A stretch of 64,000 nt of DNA from Acidimicrobiia bacterium (GCA_022820505.1 JAJEFK010000014.1:80206-144205); one strand, 5' to 3'. Positions 38,618 through 48,058 are shown, numbered from the stretch's first letter. Notes: generated by a model from the sequence alone, not told the origin. Translations and numbers: made by a program.

Positions 38618-39343
38618 TCAGCCCTGGCGCTCGGCCAGCCACTCCTCGAACTCGGCACGACGATCCTTGGCGATGGGGAACGTGCCGATCGAGCTCTCAC
38701 CGGCAGCGACCCGCTCGATGGCCCACTCCTCTTCGAGCTCCTGGGCGTATGAGTCGTCGGCGACCTCCTCGGCGAGCAGCGCCGGGATGACCACGGCCCC
38801 CTCGCCGTCGCCCACGATGATGTCGCCCGGAAACACCGTGACCCCGGCGCATGCGATGGGCACCTGGTGTTCGAGCGGCGTATGCACGCGGCCGAGGGTC
38901 GCCGCATGGGATGACTGGTGATACACGGGCAGCCCGACATCGGCCACGGCCGGCGTGTCGCGCAGCGCACCGTCGGTGACGAAGCCGGAAGCGCCGAGGT
39001 GCTTGATGCGCATGGTGAAGATGTCGCCGATGGTGCCGGCATGCGGCTCTCCCCGCGCTTCCACAATGAGCACCTCTTCAGGCTCGATGGACTCCACGGC
39101 CCGGCGCTGCGCGTTCGGCCCCTGCAGCCGGCGTTCGAAGTCTTCGCGCTTGGGCACGAAGCGCAGCGTGTGGGCGTAGCCGACCATGCGCTGGCCCTCG
39201 TTGAGCGGTCGCAGGCCGTTGAGGAAGCTGTTCCGCATCCCCCGCCGCTGCATCTGGCCCGCAAGCGTCGCCGTGGACACCGCGTTGAGCTTCATACGCA
39301 TGTCGTCGGTGAGCGCCACTGGGCGGTGTTCTGCGTCGGCCAT
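38618..39343 (-). CDS. RraA-family class II aldolase (HMG/CHA aldolase-like)
   Basis: VSTATLAGQMQRRG..., GTIGDIFTMRIKHLGASGFVTDGALRD. The 241-aa length fits the aldolase branch rather than 160-aa RraA. AAGGGGA precedes the ATG. Confidence 0.75.
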   Translation of the reverse strand: MADAEHRPVALTDDMRMKLNAVSTATLAGQMQRRGMRNSFLNGLRPLNEGQRMVGYAHTLRFVPKREDFERRLQGPNAQRRAVESIEPEEVLIVEARGEPHAGTIGDIFTMRIKHLGASGFVTDGALRDTPAVADVGLPVYHQSSHAATLGRVHTPLEHQVPIACAGVTVFPGDIIVGDGEGAVVIPALLAEEVADDSYAQELEEEWAIERVAAGESSIGTFPIAKDRRAEFEEWLAERQG

Positions 39344-39573
39344 GGAGTCCCCTTTTGCTGAGCCCGATCGCGCTGGGCTGTTCCAGCGTTGCGACGGGCC
39401 TCGCCAATGTAGCCAAGTCCCGTTTTCCGACAGCCGGTCTCACCTGCGGACTCCGGTCGCTGCTTGCTGGCGCTTGGCTCGGCGTATCGGCGACAAGACT
39501 GGCAAAGCGGTGGCTGCCGACTCCCGGGCGTCGGCGGCGCCGAGGTGTATCGCTCGAACAGGAAGGAAGCGTT

Positions 39574-40890
39574 GTGGCGCCTTCGAAGACCATCGATCCC
39601 ATCGAGCTGTCGAGCCGGCTCATCGACACCGGCGTGGCCGATGAGCAGGTGGTGCGGGTCAACAACGCGTTGAGCGAGATCGACGACAACGTCGCCGTGG
39701 TCGAGGCGTTCAGCAACATGGTCGCCTTCGGCACCGACGACGGCTTGGTGTGCTTCGACGCCAGCGGCCCATTCAGCGGCACAGCGGTAATGGAGTCGCT
39801 GCGCGGCTGGTCGGCCGAGCGGGTCAACACGCTGCTGTACACGCACGGCCACGTCGACCATGTCGGCGGCAGCGGCGCGCTGGCGGCTGATGCGGCCGAA
39901 CGCGGACAGCCGCTGCCCGATGTGGTCGGGCATGACAACGTCATCCCTCGCTTCGAGCGATACAACGCCACCAACGGCTACAACCTCATCATCAACCGGC
40001 GCCAGTTCGGAATCGGGCTGCGACAGCGCGGGGTGGGCATCGCTTTCGACGACGACCGCTTCCTGCCGTCGGACGCACTGTGGCCGAACCGCACCTTCAG
40101 CACAGAAGACTCGCTGTCGGTCGGCGGGCTCGACTTCGAGCTGCACCACGACAAGGGCGAGACCGACGATCACACCTGGGCGTGGGTGCCCTCGCATCGC
40201 GCGATCTGCCCCGGCGACCTGGTGGCGTGGGTGTTCCCGAACGCCGGCAACCCCCAGAAGGTGCAGCGCTACCCGTTGGAGTGGGCGCGGGCGCTGCGCC
40301 ACATGGACTCCCTCGAACCCGAGCTGCTGATCCCAGCGCACGGGCCGCCGGTCCGGGGTCGTGAGCGCATCGGCACTGTGCTGCTGTCGCTGGCCGAAGC
40401 GTTGGAATCCCTGGTGAGCCAGACGATCGAGCTCATGAACGCCGGAGCCTCGCTGGATGAGATCCTCCAGGGCGTCTCGCTGCCCGCCGAATGGCTGGCG
40501 CGCCCGTGGATGCGGCCGGTCTATGACGAACCCGAGTTCGTCATCCGCAACGTCTGGCGTCAGTACGGCGGATGGTGGGATCTGGACCCGTCGAACCTCA
40601 AGCCCTCCCCCAAAGCCGAACTGGCCGGTGAGCTGGTGCGCATGGGCGGCGGTGCGGCGGCGTTCGCGACACGGGCTCAAGAGCTGGTTGAGGCCGGCGA
40701 CCTCAAGCTGGCCTGCCACCTGATCGAGCTGGCCGTGGCCGCTGATCCCGCATCGACGAGCCTCCACGGCGTGCGAACGGAGATCTACGAAGCCCGGCGG
40801 ACGGCGGAGCAGGGGCTCATGTCCATCGGCATCTTCAGCGCCGCTGCCGCCGAGTCACGCGAGATCGCCGAGAACAGCGAGAGCGACTAG
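39574..40890 (+). CDS. MBL-fold metallo-hydrolase (alkyl/aryl-sulfatase-like N-domain plus dimerisation region)
   Basis: LLYTHGHVDHVGG and HHDKGETDDH. The start is uncertain: GTG at 39574 follows GGAAGG, and the ORF stays open back to 39355 with visibly lower GC3. Confidence 0.65.
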   Translation: MAPSKTIDPIELSSRLIDTGVADEQVVRVNNALSEIDDNVAVVEAFSNMVAFGTDDGLVCFDASGPFSGTAVMESLRGWSAERVNTLLYTHGHVDHVGGSGALAADAAERGQPLPDVVGHDNVIPRFERYNATNGYNLIINRRQFGIGLRQRGVGIAFDDDRFLPSDALWPNRTFSTEDSLSVGGLDFELHHDKGETDDHTWAWVPSHRAICPGDLVAWVFPNAGNPQKVQRYPLEWARALRHMDSLEPELLIPAHGPPVRGRERIGTVLLSLAEALESLVSQTIELMNAGASLDEILQGVSLPAEWLARPWMRPVYDEPEFVIRNVWRQYGGWWDLDPSNLKPSPKAELAGELVRMGGGAAAFATRAQELVEAGDLKLACHLIELAVAADPASTSLHGVRTEIYEARRTAEQGLMSIGIFSAAAAESREIAENSESD

Positions 40891-41077
40891 TCGGCTTCGC
40901 TCACGGGCCGCTCAGGCCGCGGCATTGCCATTCGGCTCAGCCTCTGGGTCTTGGCCCCGAGCAACTGCACCCGCAGTGCTCGCTGGGCGTAGTGTTCCCG
41001 GCAGCAACTCTCGTGGTCAGCTCGGCATGCCCGCTGCCGTGACTTGCTAGCCGGAACGGCGGGGCTGGAGCACGCAC

Positions 41078-42010
41078 ATGGCCGACATCGGATCGGGGTC
41101 GGCGCCGGGGGCGCCGTACGGGGGGCGCGGCGCACCTGCTCTGTCCGATCGCGCGCTCGGCGTGCCCGCCGCTGCCGTGGCGATGGTGGGATGGGCCGCC
41201 TCGGGCGTGATCGCCAAGGGCATCTCCGAACTGGGGCCGCTGGCTGTCGTGTTCTGGCGGATGTGGCTCTACACCGGGCTGGTCGCGCTGTTCCTGTGGG
41301 CCAACCGCACGCCGCTGCGGCTGACGTCGATCAAGATCTCGTTCTGGGGCGGGTTCTCGCTGGCGTTCGACATCATGCTGTTCTTCATCGCTTTGCGGAT
41401 GACCACGGTGGCCAACGCCACCGTGGTTGCCTCGCTGCAGCCGCTGCTGATGCTGTTCCTGGCTCCACGGATCTTCGGCGAGCAGCCGGGCCGGCGCCAT
41501 TGGGGACTGGCGCTGGTGGCGATCGGCGGCATCGCGATCGTCGTGTTGGGCTCGTCGGGCTTGACCGAGTGGAGCGTGTTCGGCGACCTGCTGGCATTCG
41601 GGGCACTGTTCGCCTGGACGGGCTATTTCGTATTCTCCAAGCTCAGCACGCAGAAGATCGCCGCGGCGCAGTACACGGGCGGCAGTGCGCTGGTGTGCTC
41701 GTTGGTGGCCACGCCGTTCGCACTGGCCTCGGGGCAGGTCTTCGACTGGCCATCGGCAGGTGCGTGGCTGTGGCTGGGCATCATGGCCATCGGACCCGGC
41801 GTTGCCAGTCACATGCTGATGAACTGGTCGCTGGTGCGCATCCCGTCGTGGCTGGGCTCCACGATGACGCTTGCCATCCCCGTCACCAGCACGCTGATGG
41901 CCTGGGTGTTCCTGGGCGATCAGGTGTCGCTGTGGCAGTTCGTCGGGATGGCGGTGGTCATGTTCGCGCTCGCAGCCGTGGTGCTCGACCAGTCCCGCAC
42001 CAAGCTGTAG
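41078..42010 (+). CDS. EamA/DMT-family transporter
   Basis: About 10 hydrophobic segments arranged as two EamA-like halves. Confidence 0.8.
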   Translation: MADIGSGSAPGAPYGGRGAPALSDRALGVPAAAVAMVGWAASGVIAKGISELGPLAVVFWRMWLYTGLVALFLWANRTPLRLTSIKISFWGGFSLAFDIMLFFIALRMTTVANATVVASLQPLLMLFLAPRIFGEQPGRRHWGLALVAIGGIAIVVLGSSGLTEWSVFGDLLAFGALFAWTGYFVFSKLSTQKIAAAQYTGGSALVCSLVATPFALASGQVFDWPSAGAWLWLGIMAIGPGVASHMLMNWSLVRIPSWLGSTMTLAIPVTSTLMAWVFLGDQVSLWQFVGMAVVMFALAAVVLDQSRTKL

Positions 42011-42038
42011 TTGCCGGAACGCTGGCTGACGTAGCCAG

Positions 42039-43553
42039 TCAGGCGGCCGCGTACACCGGCGGGCACCGGTCAGCCCATGGGGCGGCTTGCTCCATCTGGG
42101 CTGCAATCCGCAGCAGCACATCCTCACGACCGGGTGCCGCCACGAGCTGCACACCGATGGGCAAACCTTCGGGAGACATGCCCTCGGGCGTGCCCAGCGG
42201 TGCCGAGATGGCGGGCTGGCCGCTGACGTTGAACTGCGGCAGGTAGGGCGTGACCTTGGCCAGTCGCTTCGTCAGGGTGCGCTCGTCACCCTCGACGAGG
42301 TAGCCGACCGGGGGCGGGACGACGCCGAGCGTCGGCGTCAGCAGCAGATCGAAGCCATCGCCCTGACCGGGTTCGGCGTTCCACCACTGCACGATCTGTC
42401 GCGTGAATTGGTGCAAGCGCTCACGGCTGGCCAGCAAGTCCGGACCGCTGATCTTGGTGCCGCGCTGGTAGTTGATCCACGCCACCGGCTCGACATCGTC
42501 TTCGGTCCAGGGTCGGCCGAGCGCCGCCTCGTAAGACCGCAGGGTCGCGGTCGCACTGGCGCGCATGATCCGGACGTAGTCGTACATGTAGTCATTGGTG
42601 GCCATCGGCTCAGGCAGCGCTTGTTCGACCCGGTGCCCGAGACTGTCCAGCAGGCCGGCTGCGGCTTCGGCGGCTTGGGTGCACAACGGGTCGGTCACTT
42701 CGAAGGGGATCGTCGAGCTCACGCCGATGCGCAGTTGGCCGGGGTGCTGGCCGACCTCGGCGACGTAACCGGCCGCAGGCGCGGGATGTGCGGGCGCGTA
42801 CGGATCGCCGGGCTCGGCGCCGGCGAGCACATCGAGCGCCAGCGCCGCATCGCGCACGGTGAGCGCGACGGCGCCGTCAGTGGTGCCGCCTCCCCAGCCT
42901 TCACCCGCCGGTGCGCTGGAGATCCGACCCCGGGAGGGTTTGAGCCCGACGAGGCCGTTGGCACTGGCAGGGATGCGGATCGACCCGCCGCCGTCGCTGG
43001 CGTGAGCGATGCGCACGATGCCCGCCGCGACCGCTGCCGCCGCACCGCCGCTGGAGCCGAGCACGGTGTGATCGGTGTTCCACGGGTTGCGGCAGGGCCC
43101 GTACAGCGCCGTCTCCGCTGCGGCGGGGCACTGGCCGCCGCCGAGCTCGGGACTGTGCGAGTGCCCGATGCTGATGGCGCCCGCCTCGGCCAAGCGTCGA
43201 GCGACCGCACCGGTCTCGAAGTAGCGATAGTCGAGCTCGGCCAGCCGGCGGTTGCCCTGGTAGCCGGGTTCGCCCTCGGCCGGGCAGAACAGGTCCTTCA
43301 GCGCAATCGGCACGCCCGCGAGCAGTCCACCAGCGGCGCGGCCCGAGGACTCTGCATCCAATTGCGCGGCTCGATGCCGCGCCGCATCCAATTGCGCGGC
43401 TCGATGCCGCGCCGACTCGTACGTTCGCTCGACGATCGCATTGATCGACGGGTTCACCTGCTCGCAGCGGGCAATGGCATCTTCAACCGTCGTCGCGGCG
43501 TCGGTCTCGCCAGCTCGTACCTGCTCAGCCTGCGCCGTCGCGTCGCTCATCAT
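42039..43553 (-). CDS. Amidase (amidase-signature family)
   Basis: LAGVPIALKD and VLGSSGGAAAAVAAG. Start at the ATG pair 43548-43553. Carries a 10-aa in-frame duplication. Confidence 0.8.
   Translation of the reverse strand: MMSDATAQAEQVRAGETDAATTVEDAIARCEQVNPSINAIVERTYESARHRAAQLDAARHRAAQLDAESSGRAAGGLLAGVPIALKDLFCPAEGEPGYQGNRRLAELDYRYFETGAVARRLAEAGAISIGHSHSPELGGGQCPAAAETALYGPCRNPWNTDHTVLGSSGGAAAAVAAGIVRIAHASDGGGSIRIPASANGLVGLKPSRGRISSAPAGEGWGGGTTDGAVALTVRDAALALDVLAGAEPGDPYAPAHPAPAAGYVAEVGQHPGQLRIGVSSTIPFEVTDPLCTQAAEAAAGLLDSLGHRVEQALPEPMATNDYMYDYVRIMRASATATLRSYEAALGRPWTEDDVEPVAWINYQRGTKISGPDLLASRERLHQFTRQIVQWWNAEPGQGDGFDLLLTPTLGVVPPPVGYLVEGDERTLTKRLAKVTPYLPQFNVSGQPAISAPLGTPEGMSPEGLPIGVQLVAAPGREDVLLRIAAQMEQAAPWADRCPPVYAAA
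43354..43413. repeat. Perfect 30-bp tandem duplication inside the amidase CDS
   Basis: gcatccaattgcgcggctcgatgccgcgcc occurs twice back to back (43354-43383, 43384-43413). It encodes ARHRAAQLDA twice. Confidence 0.95.
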
Positions 43554-43657
43554 CACCCCTGTCACCGTCGGCCCCGGTGCCCAGGGCCCCGCCGTCAACG
43601 GCGCAGTCTCGCGCAGCGTGCCTGGCTGGTGGGCTGCTGACGACGGTCAGGCTCGCA

Positions 43658-44071
43658 TCAGTTGGCGGCCTCAACGGCTGGGTCGAACAGTTCCACGTCG
43701 CAGCGAATGCCTGGGGCACGAGCGAGGTGAGCGTCGCCGGTGAGCAATGTCGCGCTGGTGAACTCCGCTAGCGCGACATAGGACGCGTCGTAGGCAGAGA
43801 GGTTGTGGCGGAGTTCCCAGCAGCGCTCCAGCAGCAGGCTGTGGTCGACCCGCATGATCTGCAACGCTGCGAGGTTGCGGAGCCCACGAAGTGCCGCCGC
43901 GGCGGATATCTCGCCCCGCCGATTCATGGATCGCAACGCGTGAGCAACCTCGATGTCGATGAGATGGGGGGCCATCGCCCGCGCTTGCATGAGTCGACGC
44001 ACCGCAGCTCGACCCGTTTCGTCGGCATCTGCGACAGCGGAAACGGCGACGCTGGCGTCGACGACGATCAT
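43658..44071 (-). CDS. vapC: PIN-domain ribonuclease toxin
   Basis: MIVVDASV..., IDIEVAHAL, AYDASYVALAE and LLTGDAHLA supply the four conserved acidic PIN positions. The ATG overlaps the antitoxin stop by 4 nt. Confidence 0.85.
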   Translation of the reverse strand: MIVVDASVAVSAVADADETGRAAVRRLMQARAMAPHLIDIEVAHALRSMNRRGEISAAAALRGLRNLAALQIMRVDHSLLLERCWELRHNLSAYDASYVALAEFTSATLLTGDAHLARAPGIRCDVELFDPAVEAAN

Positions 44072-44310
44072 TCCGCGTCGCGGTGGGCGCGGATGACCTC
44101 GACAATGGTGTCCATGTCCAAGTTGGTCTCGCCGTACACCAACGCTTCCACGCGCTTGCGCGCGAGCAGTTCTTCCATGCTCGCCAGTTCGGCCTCGCGG
44201 CAAACGGCCTCAAGCATGTACTGCTGCAGCGACTGTCCTGCATCGGCGGCGCGTTGGCAGAGCTTCTCGTGAACTTCGTCGGGCACATGCCTGACTTGGA
44301 TGGTTGCCAT
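44068..44310 (-). CDS. vapB: Ribbon-helix-helix (FitA/Arc-like) antitoxin
   Basis: MATIQVRHVPDEVHEKLCQRAADAGQSLQQYML is an RHH N-terminus. 80 aa. AAGGTGG Shine-Dalgarno sequence. Forms an ATGA overlap with vapC. Confidence 0.8.
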   Translation of the reverse strand: MATIQVRHVPDEVHEKLCQRAADAGQSLQQYMLEAVCREAELASMEELLARKRVEALVYGETNLDMDTIVEVIRAHRDAE

Positions 44311-44319
44311 GACGCCACC

Positions 44320-44401
44320 TTAGCGCTGTGAGCGCTGAATATGCGCTAATAGCGCTATTTTAGCGCAACAGCTCAGTTACGCACCTGCGCAAATTTGTGC
44401 A
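44320..44401 (-). promoter_or_regulatory. Putative vapBC promoter/operator: AT-rich tract with five AGCGC(T/A) half-sites plus a 16-bp near-palindrome
   Basis: ttAGCGCTgtgAGCGCTgaatatGCGCTAatAGCGCTattttAGCGCa (44320-44367), and tgcgcaaatttgtgca (44386-44401). A TAAAAT -10-like hexamer lies on the coding strand. Confidence 0.45.
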
Positions 44402-44445
44402 CGGGCGTCATCAGGCCGCGTGATCAGCGCCACGTCGGCCGTTGG

Positions 44446-45261
44446 TCAGCGGCCTTGCCAGTTGGGCTGGCGCTTCTCGGCGAATGCCCGGGGGCCTTCC
44501 TTCACGTCCTCGCTGGCCATCAGGCGGGCCACCGCCGGATACGGGTGGTGGAACGCCTCGCCGAGCGGCATGTCGAGCCCGCGCATCGCCGCCTGCTTGG
44601 TGGCCTGGATGGACAGCGGCGCGCACCGCATGATGTCGTCGATCAGCCGGTCAGTGGCTGCGTCGAGCTCGTCGTAGGGCACCACGTCGTTGACGATGCC
44701 CAGCTCCAGCGCACGCTGCGCGCTCATGGTTCGGGCCGTCAGCAGGTACTCCATGGCCAGCTTCATCGGGATCTGCCGCGGCAGCCGGTGCACTCCCCCG
44801 CCACCGGCATACAGGCCGCGCAACGGCTCGGTGAGCCCGAACTGGGCGTGGTCTGCCGCCACGACCAGATCGCACGCCATCGCCACCTCGAAACCGCCAC
44901 CGAGCGCCACGCCGTTCACCTGTGCAATGAGCGGTTTGGGATAGTCGAAACGCTCGATCAGCCGTGTCACCTGGCTCATCAGCTCACGGTCGGCAGCCTG
45001 GGTGGCCTCGTCGGACTGACGGATCATCGACAGGTGCTTGAGGTCGCGGCCGGCACAGAACGCCTGCCGGCCGACACCGGTGATGACCATCAGCCACACA
45101 TCGTCATCGGCGGCGGCGTGGTCCAAGATGTCGGACCACTCCTTGTGGGCCGGGGTGTTGATGGCGTTGCGCACCTCCGGCCGGTTGATGGTGATGCGGG
45201 CCACACGCGGCCGGATCTCCTCGTAGACGAAGTACTGCGGTTCGAAGTCGAGTGCCTGCAT
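44446..45261 (-). CDS. Enoyl-CoA hydratase/isomerase (crotonase) family
   Basis: ITINRPEVRNAIN, FCAGRDLK and VNGVALGGGFEVAMACD. Confidence 0.85.
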   Translation of the reverse strand: MQALDFEPQYFVYEEIRPRVARITINRPEVRNAINTPAHKEWSDILDHAAADDDVWLMVITGVGRQAFCAGRDLKHLSMIRQSDEATQAADRELMSQVTRLIERFDYPKPLIAQVNGVALGGGFEVAMACDLVVAADHAQFGLTEPLRGLYAGGGGVHRLPRQIPMKLAMEYLLTARTMSAQRALELGIVNDVVPYDELDAATDRLIDDIMRCAPLSIQATKQAAMRGLDMPLGEAFHHPYPAVARLMASEDVKEGPRAFAEKRQPNWQGR

Positions 45262-45412
45262 GGCCCGGGATCGTATGCCGGTCGCTGGCTGCGATCAGCG
45301 GAGATCCCAGCGCGAGCAGCACTGCCGTGCCGAAGGCACTACACAAGAGCCAGCATGCGTGGCCGCAGTTCGGCTGGTGCGGCGCCACAAACGGAGCTTG
45401 GAGGAGGCAGCA

Positions 45413-46153
45413 ATGTTTGAAGACCACGTCTCGATCGACACCGGCGAAGGCGAGATGAGCACGTTCGTGGTGCATCCGGAGCCGAGCGAGCGGCGGCCAG
45501 GGCCGTTCCCGACCGTGCTGTTCCTGATGGACGCGCCCGGCAAGCGCGAAGAACTGCACGACATGGCCCGCCGCATCGCCACCGTCGGGTACTACGTGCT
45601 GCTGCCGAACCTGTACTACCGCGACATTCCCGGCTTCATCGTGCAGCGAGACGACCCGGCCAGCCGGAAGTTCATGTTCGAGCTGATGACCAACCTGTCC
45701 AATGCCATGGTGTCGCGTGATGCCGCAGCCCTGATGCGATATGCCGACGCGGACCCTGCTGCCAGCATCGAGCGGATCGGCACGACCGGCTACTGCATGA
45801 CCGGCCCGATGGCGATCTGGCTCGCCGCGGACTACCCCGACACCATCACCGCCGCCGCATCGATTCACGGCGTCCGGCTGGCGGTCGACGCCAGCGACTC
45901 GCCCCACCTGCGGGCGCCGGACATCCGTGGCGAAGTGCTGGTGATGTCGGCCGAGCACGACGACTACGTGGACCGGGCGCACTACGACCGGCTCTGCAAG
46001 GCCTTCGCCGATGCCGGCACCGACGCGCAGACGTACTGGGTGGACAGCACGCACCACGGATTCGTCTTCCCTGAGCGTCCGGTGTACGACAAGCCGGCCG
46101 CCGAGCGCCACTGGGAGTTGCTGCTGGACATGTTCGCCCGCCGACTGCACTGA
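45413..46153 (+). CDS. Dienelactone hydrolase family protein
   Basis: GEGEMSTFVVHPE...PTVLFLMDAPG and GTTGYCMTG (Cys nucleophile elbow). ATG at 45413 follows GGAGGAGG. Confidence 0.8.
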   Translation: MFEDHVSIDTGEGEMSTFVVHPEPSERRPGPFPTVLFLMDAPGKREELHDMARRIATVGYYVLLPNLYYRDIPGFIVQRDDPASRKFMFELMTNLSNAMVSRDAAALMRYADADPAASIERIGTTGYCMTGPMAIWLAADYPDTITAAASIHGVRLAVDASDSPHLRAPDIRGEVLVMSAEHDDYVDRAHYDRLCKAFADAGTDAQTYWVDSTHHGFVFPERPVYDKPAAERHWELLLDMFARRLH

Positions 46154-46213
46154 GCCACACGGTCACCGGGCCGCCCCGGCATGCGGAGCGGGGCGATGCC
46201 ACACTGTCGCCCC

Positions 46214-46948
46214 ATGGAGACACGTGAACTCGTCCAAACGGTGTGCCCGCCGATAGCTGCGCTGGGCTCGAGGTTCTATTTCGACCCCGGAACGCTGGCC
46301 CGCGGCAAGGAAGCCGGCCTCGACGGCTTCCGCCTGTACGTGCTGGGTCGCGGAGGCGTGCTCGGCGATGTCGAGGCCACGGTGGTGCACAGCGCCTTCG
46401 GCTACTTCAACCCGGCTCTGGTCGCCAAGATCTGGAACTCGGCCAAGGAGATCATGGCGCCACGTGACGGCGGCCGTCTCTACATGGAGTGCGCGGGTGC
46501 GTTCGGCTCATCCAAGCTCGGCGGTGTCGCGGGCCTCGACGCCTTCAATGCCGCCGCCGACAGGGTGATCGATGCCGGCCTCGTGGACAGTTCCGCACAG
46601 GCGCTCTTCGCGGCAGTCGCGTCCGAACCGCGCAGTGATGAAACCGCGGCCCGTGCCTTCCAGAACGTGGCCGTGCTGCGCGAGCTGCGCGGCAGCCTGC
46701 ACCTCGTCGCCATCGTGGCCTCGGGCCTGTCGACCGAGATGGCTCACCGGGTGCGCCGGCCCGACGACGTCGAGATGTTCGGCTGGACGAATGACGCGCA
46801 GGTCACCGACGAGCACCGTGCGAAATGGGAGACCGCCGAAGCGCTGACCGACGAACTGATCGCTCCGATCTATGGCGTGCTCGACAGCGCCGAGGCCCAG
46901 GCGCTCGCAGACGGCGTCGCAGCCGTCGAAGCCGCGCTCGCCGACTAG
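46214..46948 (+). CDS. Conserved hypothetical protein
   Basis: Strong GC3 and coding periodicity. I recognise no catalytic or DNA-binding motif. Confidence 0.55.
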   Translation: METRELVQTVCPPIAALGSRFYFDPGTLARGKEAGLDGFRLYVLGRGGVLGDVEATVVHSAFGYFNPALVAKIWNSAKEIMAPRDGGRLYMECAGAFGSSKLGGVAGLDAFNAAADRVIDAGLVDSSAQALFAAVASEPRSDETAARAFQNVAVLRELRGSLHLVAIVASGLSTEMAHRVRRPDDVEMFGWTNDAQVTDEHRAKWETAEALTDELIAPIYGVLDSAEAQALADGVAAVEAALAD

Positions 46949-46957
46949 CGCAGCCGG

Positions 46958-48058
46958 TCAGTCGAACACCAGGATGGACCGGCCAGCGATCCGTCCGTTC
47001 TCAAGGTCGTTGACCGCCTGGCCGATGTCGTCGATCGGGTAGCTCTGCGTCACGAGTGAATTGAGGTCGAAGTCGCCGTCCGCGTGCCACTGCAAGAAGC
47101 GGGGGAAGTCGACGGCCGGTTCGCAGCTGCCGCCCAGGCTGGAGATGAACGCCCGCTCACCAATGAACAGGTGCATCGTGTCGAGTTCAAGGTTGCGCTG
47201 AGGCACGCCCACGAGCACCGCTGTGCCGCCGCGGCTCTGGCCGAACTCGCCGGCGCGGGTGGCCTCGTGAATCTGGGCCATCGTGCTCTGGTGCCCGATG
47301 CAGTCGAAGGCGAAGTCGACGCCGCGCAGCGGCTGACGCAGGATGTCGAAGCGGTGCTCATCGGTCGTGAGCGCCCTGATCTCTTCGACGGGATCGCCGT
47401 TGGAGGCGTTGACGCCGTGGGTGGCCCCGAAGCGCTTCGCAAAGTCCAGTTTCTCCTCGGAGAGGTCCACGGCGATGACCGGATCGGCGCCGACGAACTT
47501 CGCCGCCGCCACTGCGGACAAGCCGACTCCGCCGACACCGAGGACGGCCACGCTGTCCCCGGCTTTCACCCCGGCGGTGTGGAGCACCGCGCCGGCGCCC
47601 GTGATGACCGCACAGCCGATGATGCAGGTGGCCTCCACATCGATGCCCTCGGGCACTTTCACCACGAACATCTCGTCCGCGATGGTGTGAGTGGCCCAGG
47701 TGAACACGTTGATGGATGTTGCCGTGCGGCCATCGCCGAGATCGAGCCGCAGCGGTCCGCCCCGGCGGCGTGCGCTCGCTTCGTCCTTCGGCACCCAGGT
47801 GACCATCACGGTGTCCCCCGGCGCAAGGCCGGTCACGTCCTCGCCCACTGCAATCACCTCGCCAGTGGACTCGTGACCCAACACCTGCGGCGCCGCCCGC
47901 GGGTTGTGAATGGTGTGCAGTTGACTGTGGCAGACACCCGACGCGTACTGCTTCACCACCACCTGATGACCGCGCGGATCGGGCAGCGTCACATCCATCA
48001 CTTCAGGCCCCGCGCCGGCCTCCTGCGGGATGACAACAACTCTGGCGTCGACGGGCAT
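46958..48058 (-). CDS. Zinc-dependent alcohol dehydrogenase (MDR)
   Basis: GVCHSQLHT zinc ligands and GVGGVGLSAVAAAK Rossmann loop. Start at the ATG at 48058 inside ORF 46958..48232. Confidence 0.85.
   Translation of the reverse strand: MPVDARVVVIPQEAGAGPEVMDVTLPDPRGHQVVVKQYASGVCHSQLHTIHNPRAAPQVLGHESTGEVIAVGEDVTGLAPGDTVMVTWVPKDEASARRRGGPLRLDLGDGRTATSINVFTWATHTIADEMFVVKVPEGIDVEATCIIGCAVITGAGAVLHTAGVKAGDSVAVLGVGGVGLSAVAAAKFVGADPVIAVDLSEEKLDFAKRFGATHGVNASNGDPVEEIRALTTDEHRFDILRQPLRGVDFAFDCIGHQSTMAQIHEATRAGEFGQSRGGTAVLVGVPQRNLELDTMHLFIGERAFISSLGGSCEPAVDFPRFLQWHADGDFDLNSLVTQSYPIDDIGQAVNDLENGRIAGRSILVFD

Noticed and set aside
39344-39573. Riboswitch, sRNA or tRNA in the long spacers (also 40891..41077, 23428..23578, 25892..26032)
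   Set aside because: I could not recognise any conserved riboswitch core or tRNA cloverleaf by eye. The 39.3-39.6 kb spacer may partly be the 5' end of the MBL gene. A covariance-model scan (Rfam/Infernal, tRNAscan) is needed to decide.
43671-44318. 215-aa ORF overlapping vapBC in another frame
   Set aside because: The vapB and vapC frames have clear RHH and PIN features with a classic 4-nt overlap. The alternative frame is Arg/Ala/Ser-rich with no motif.
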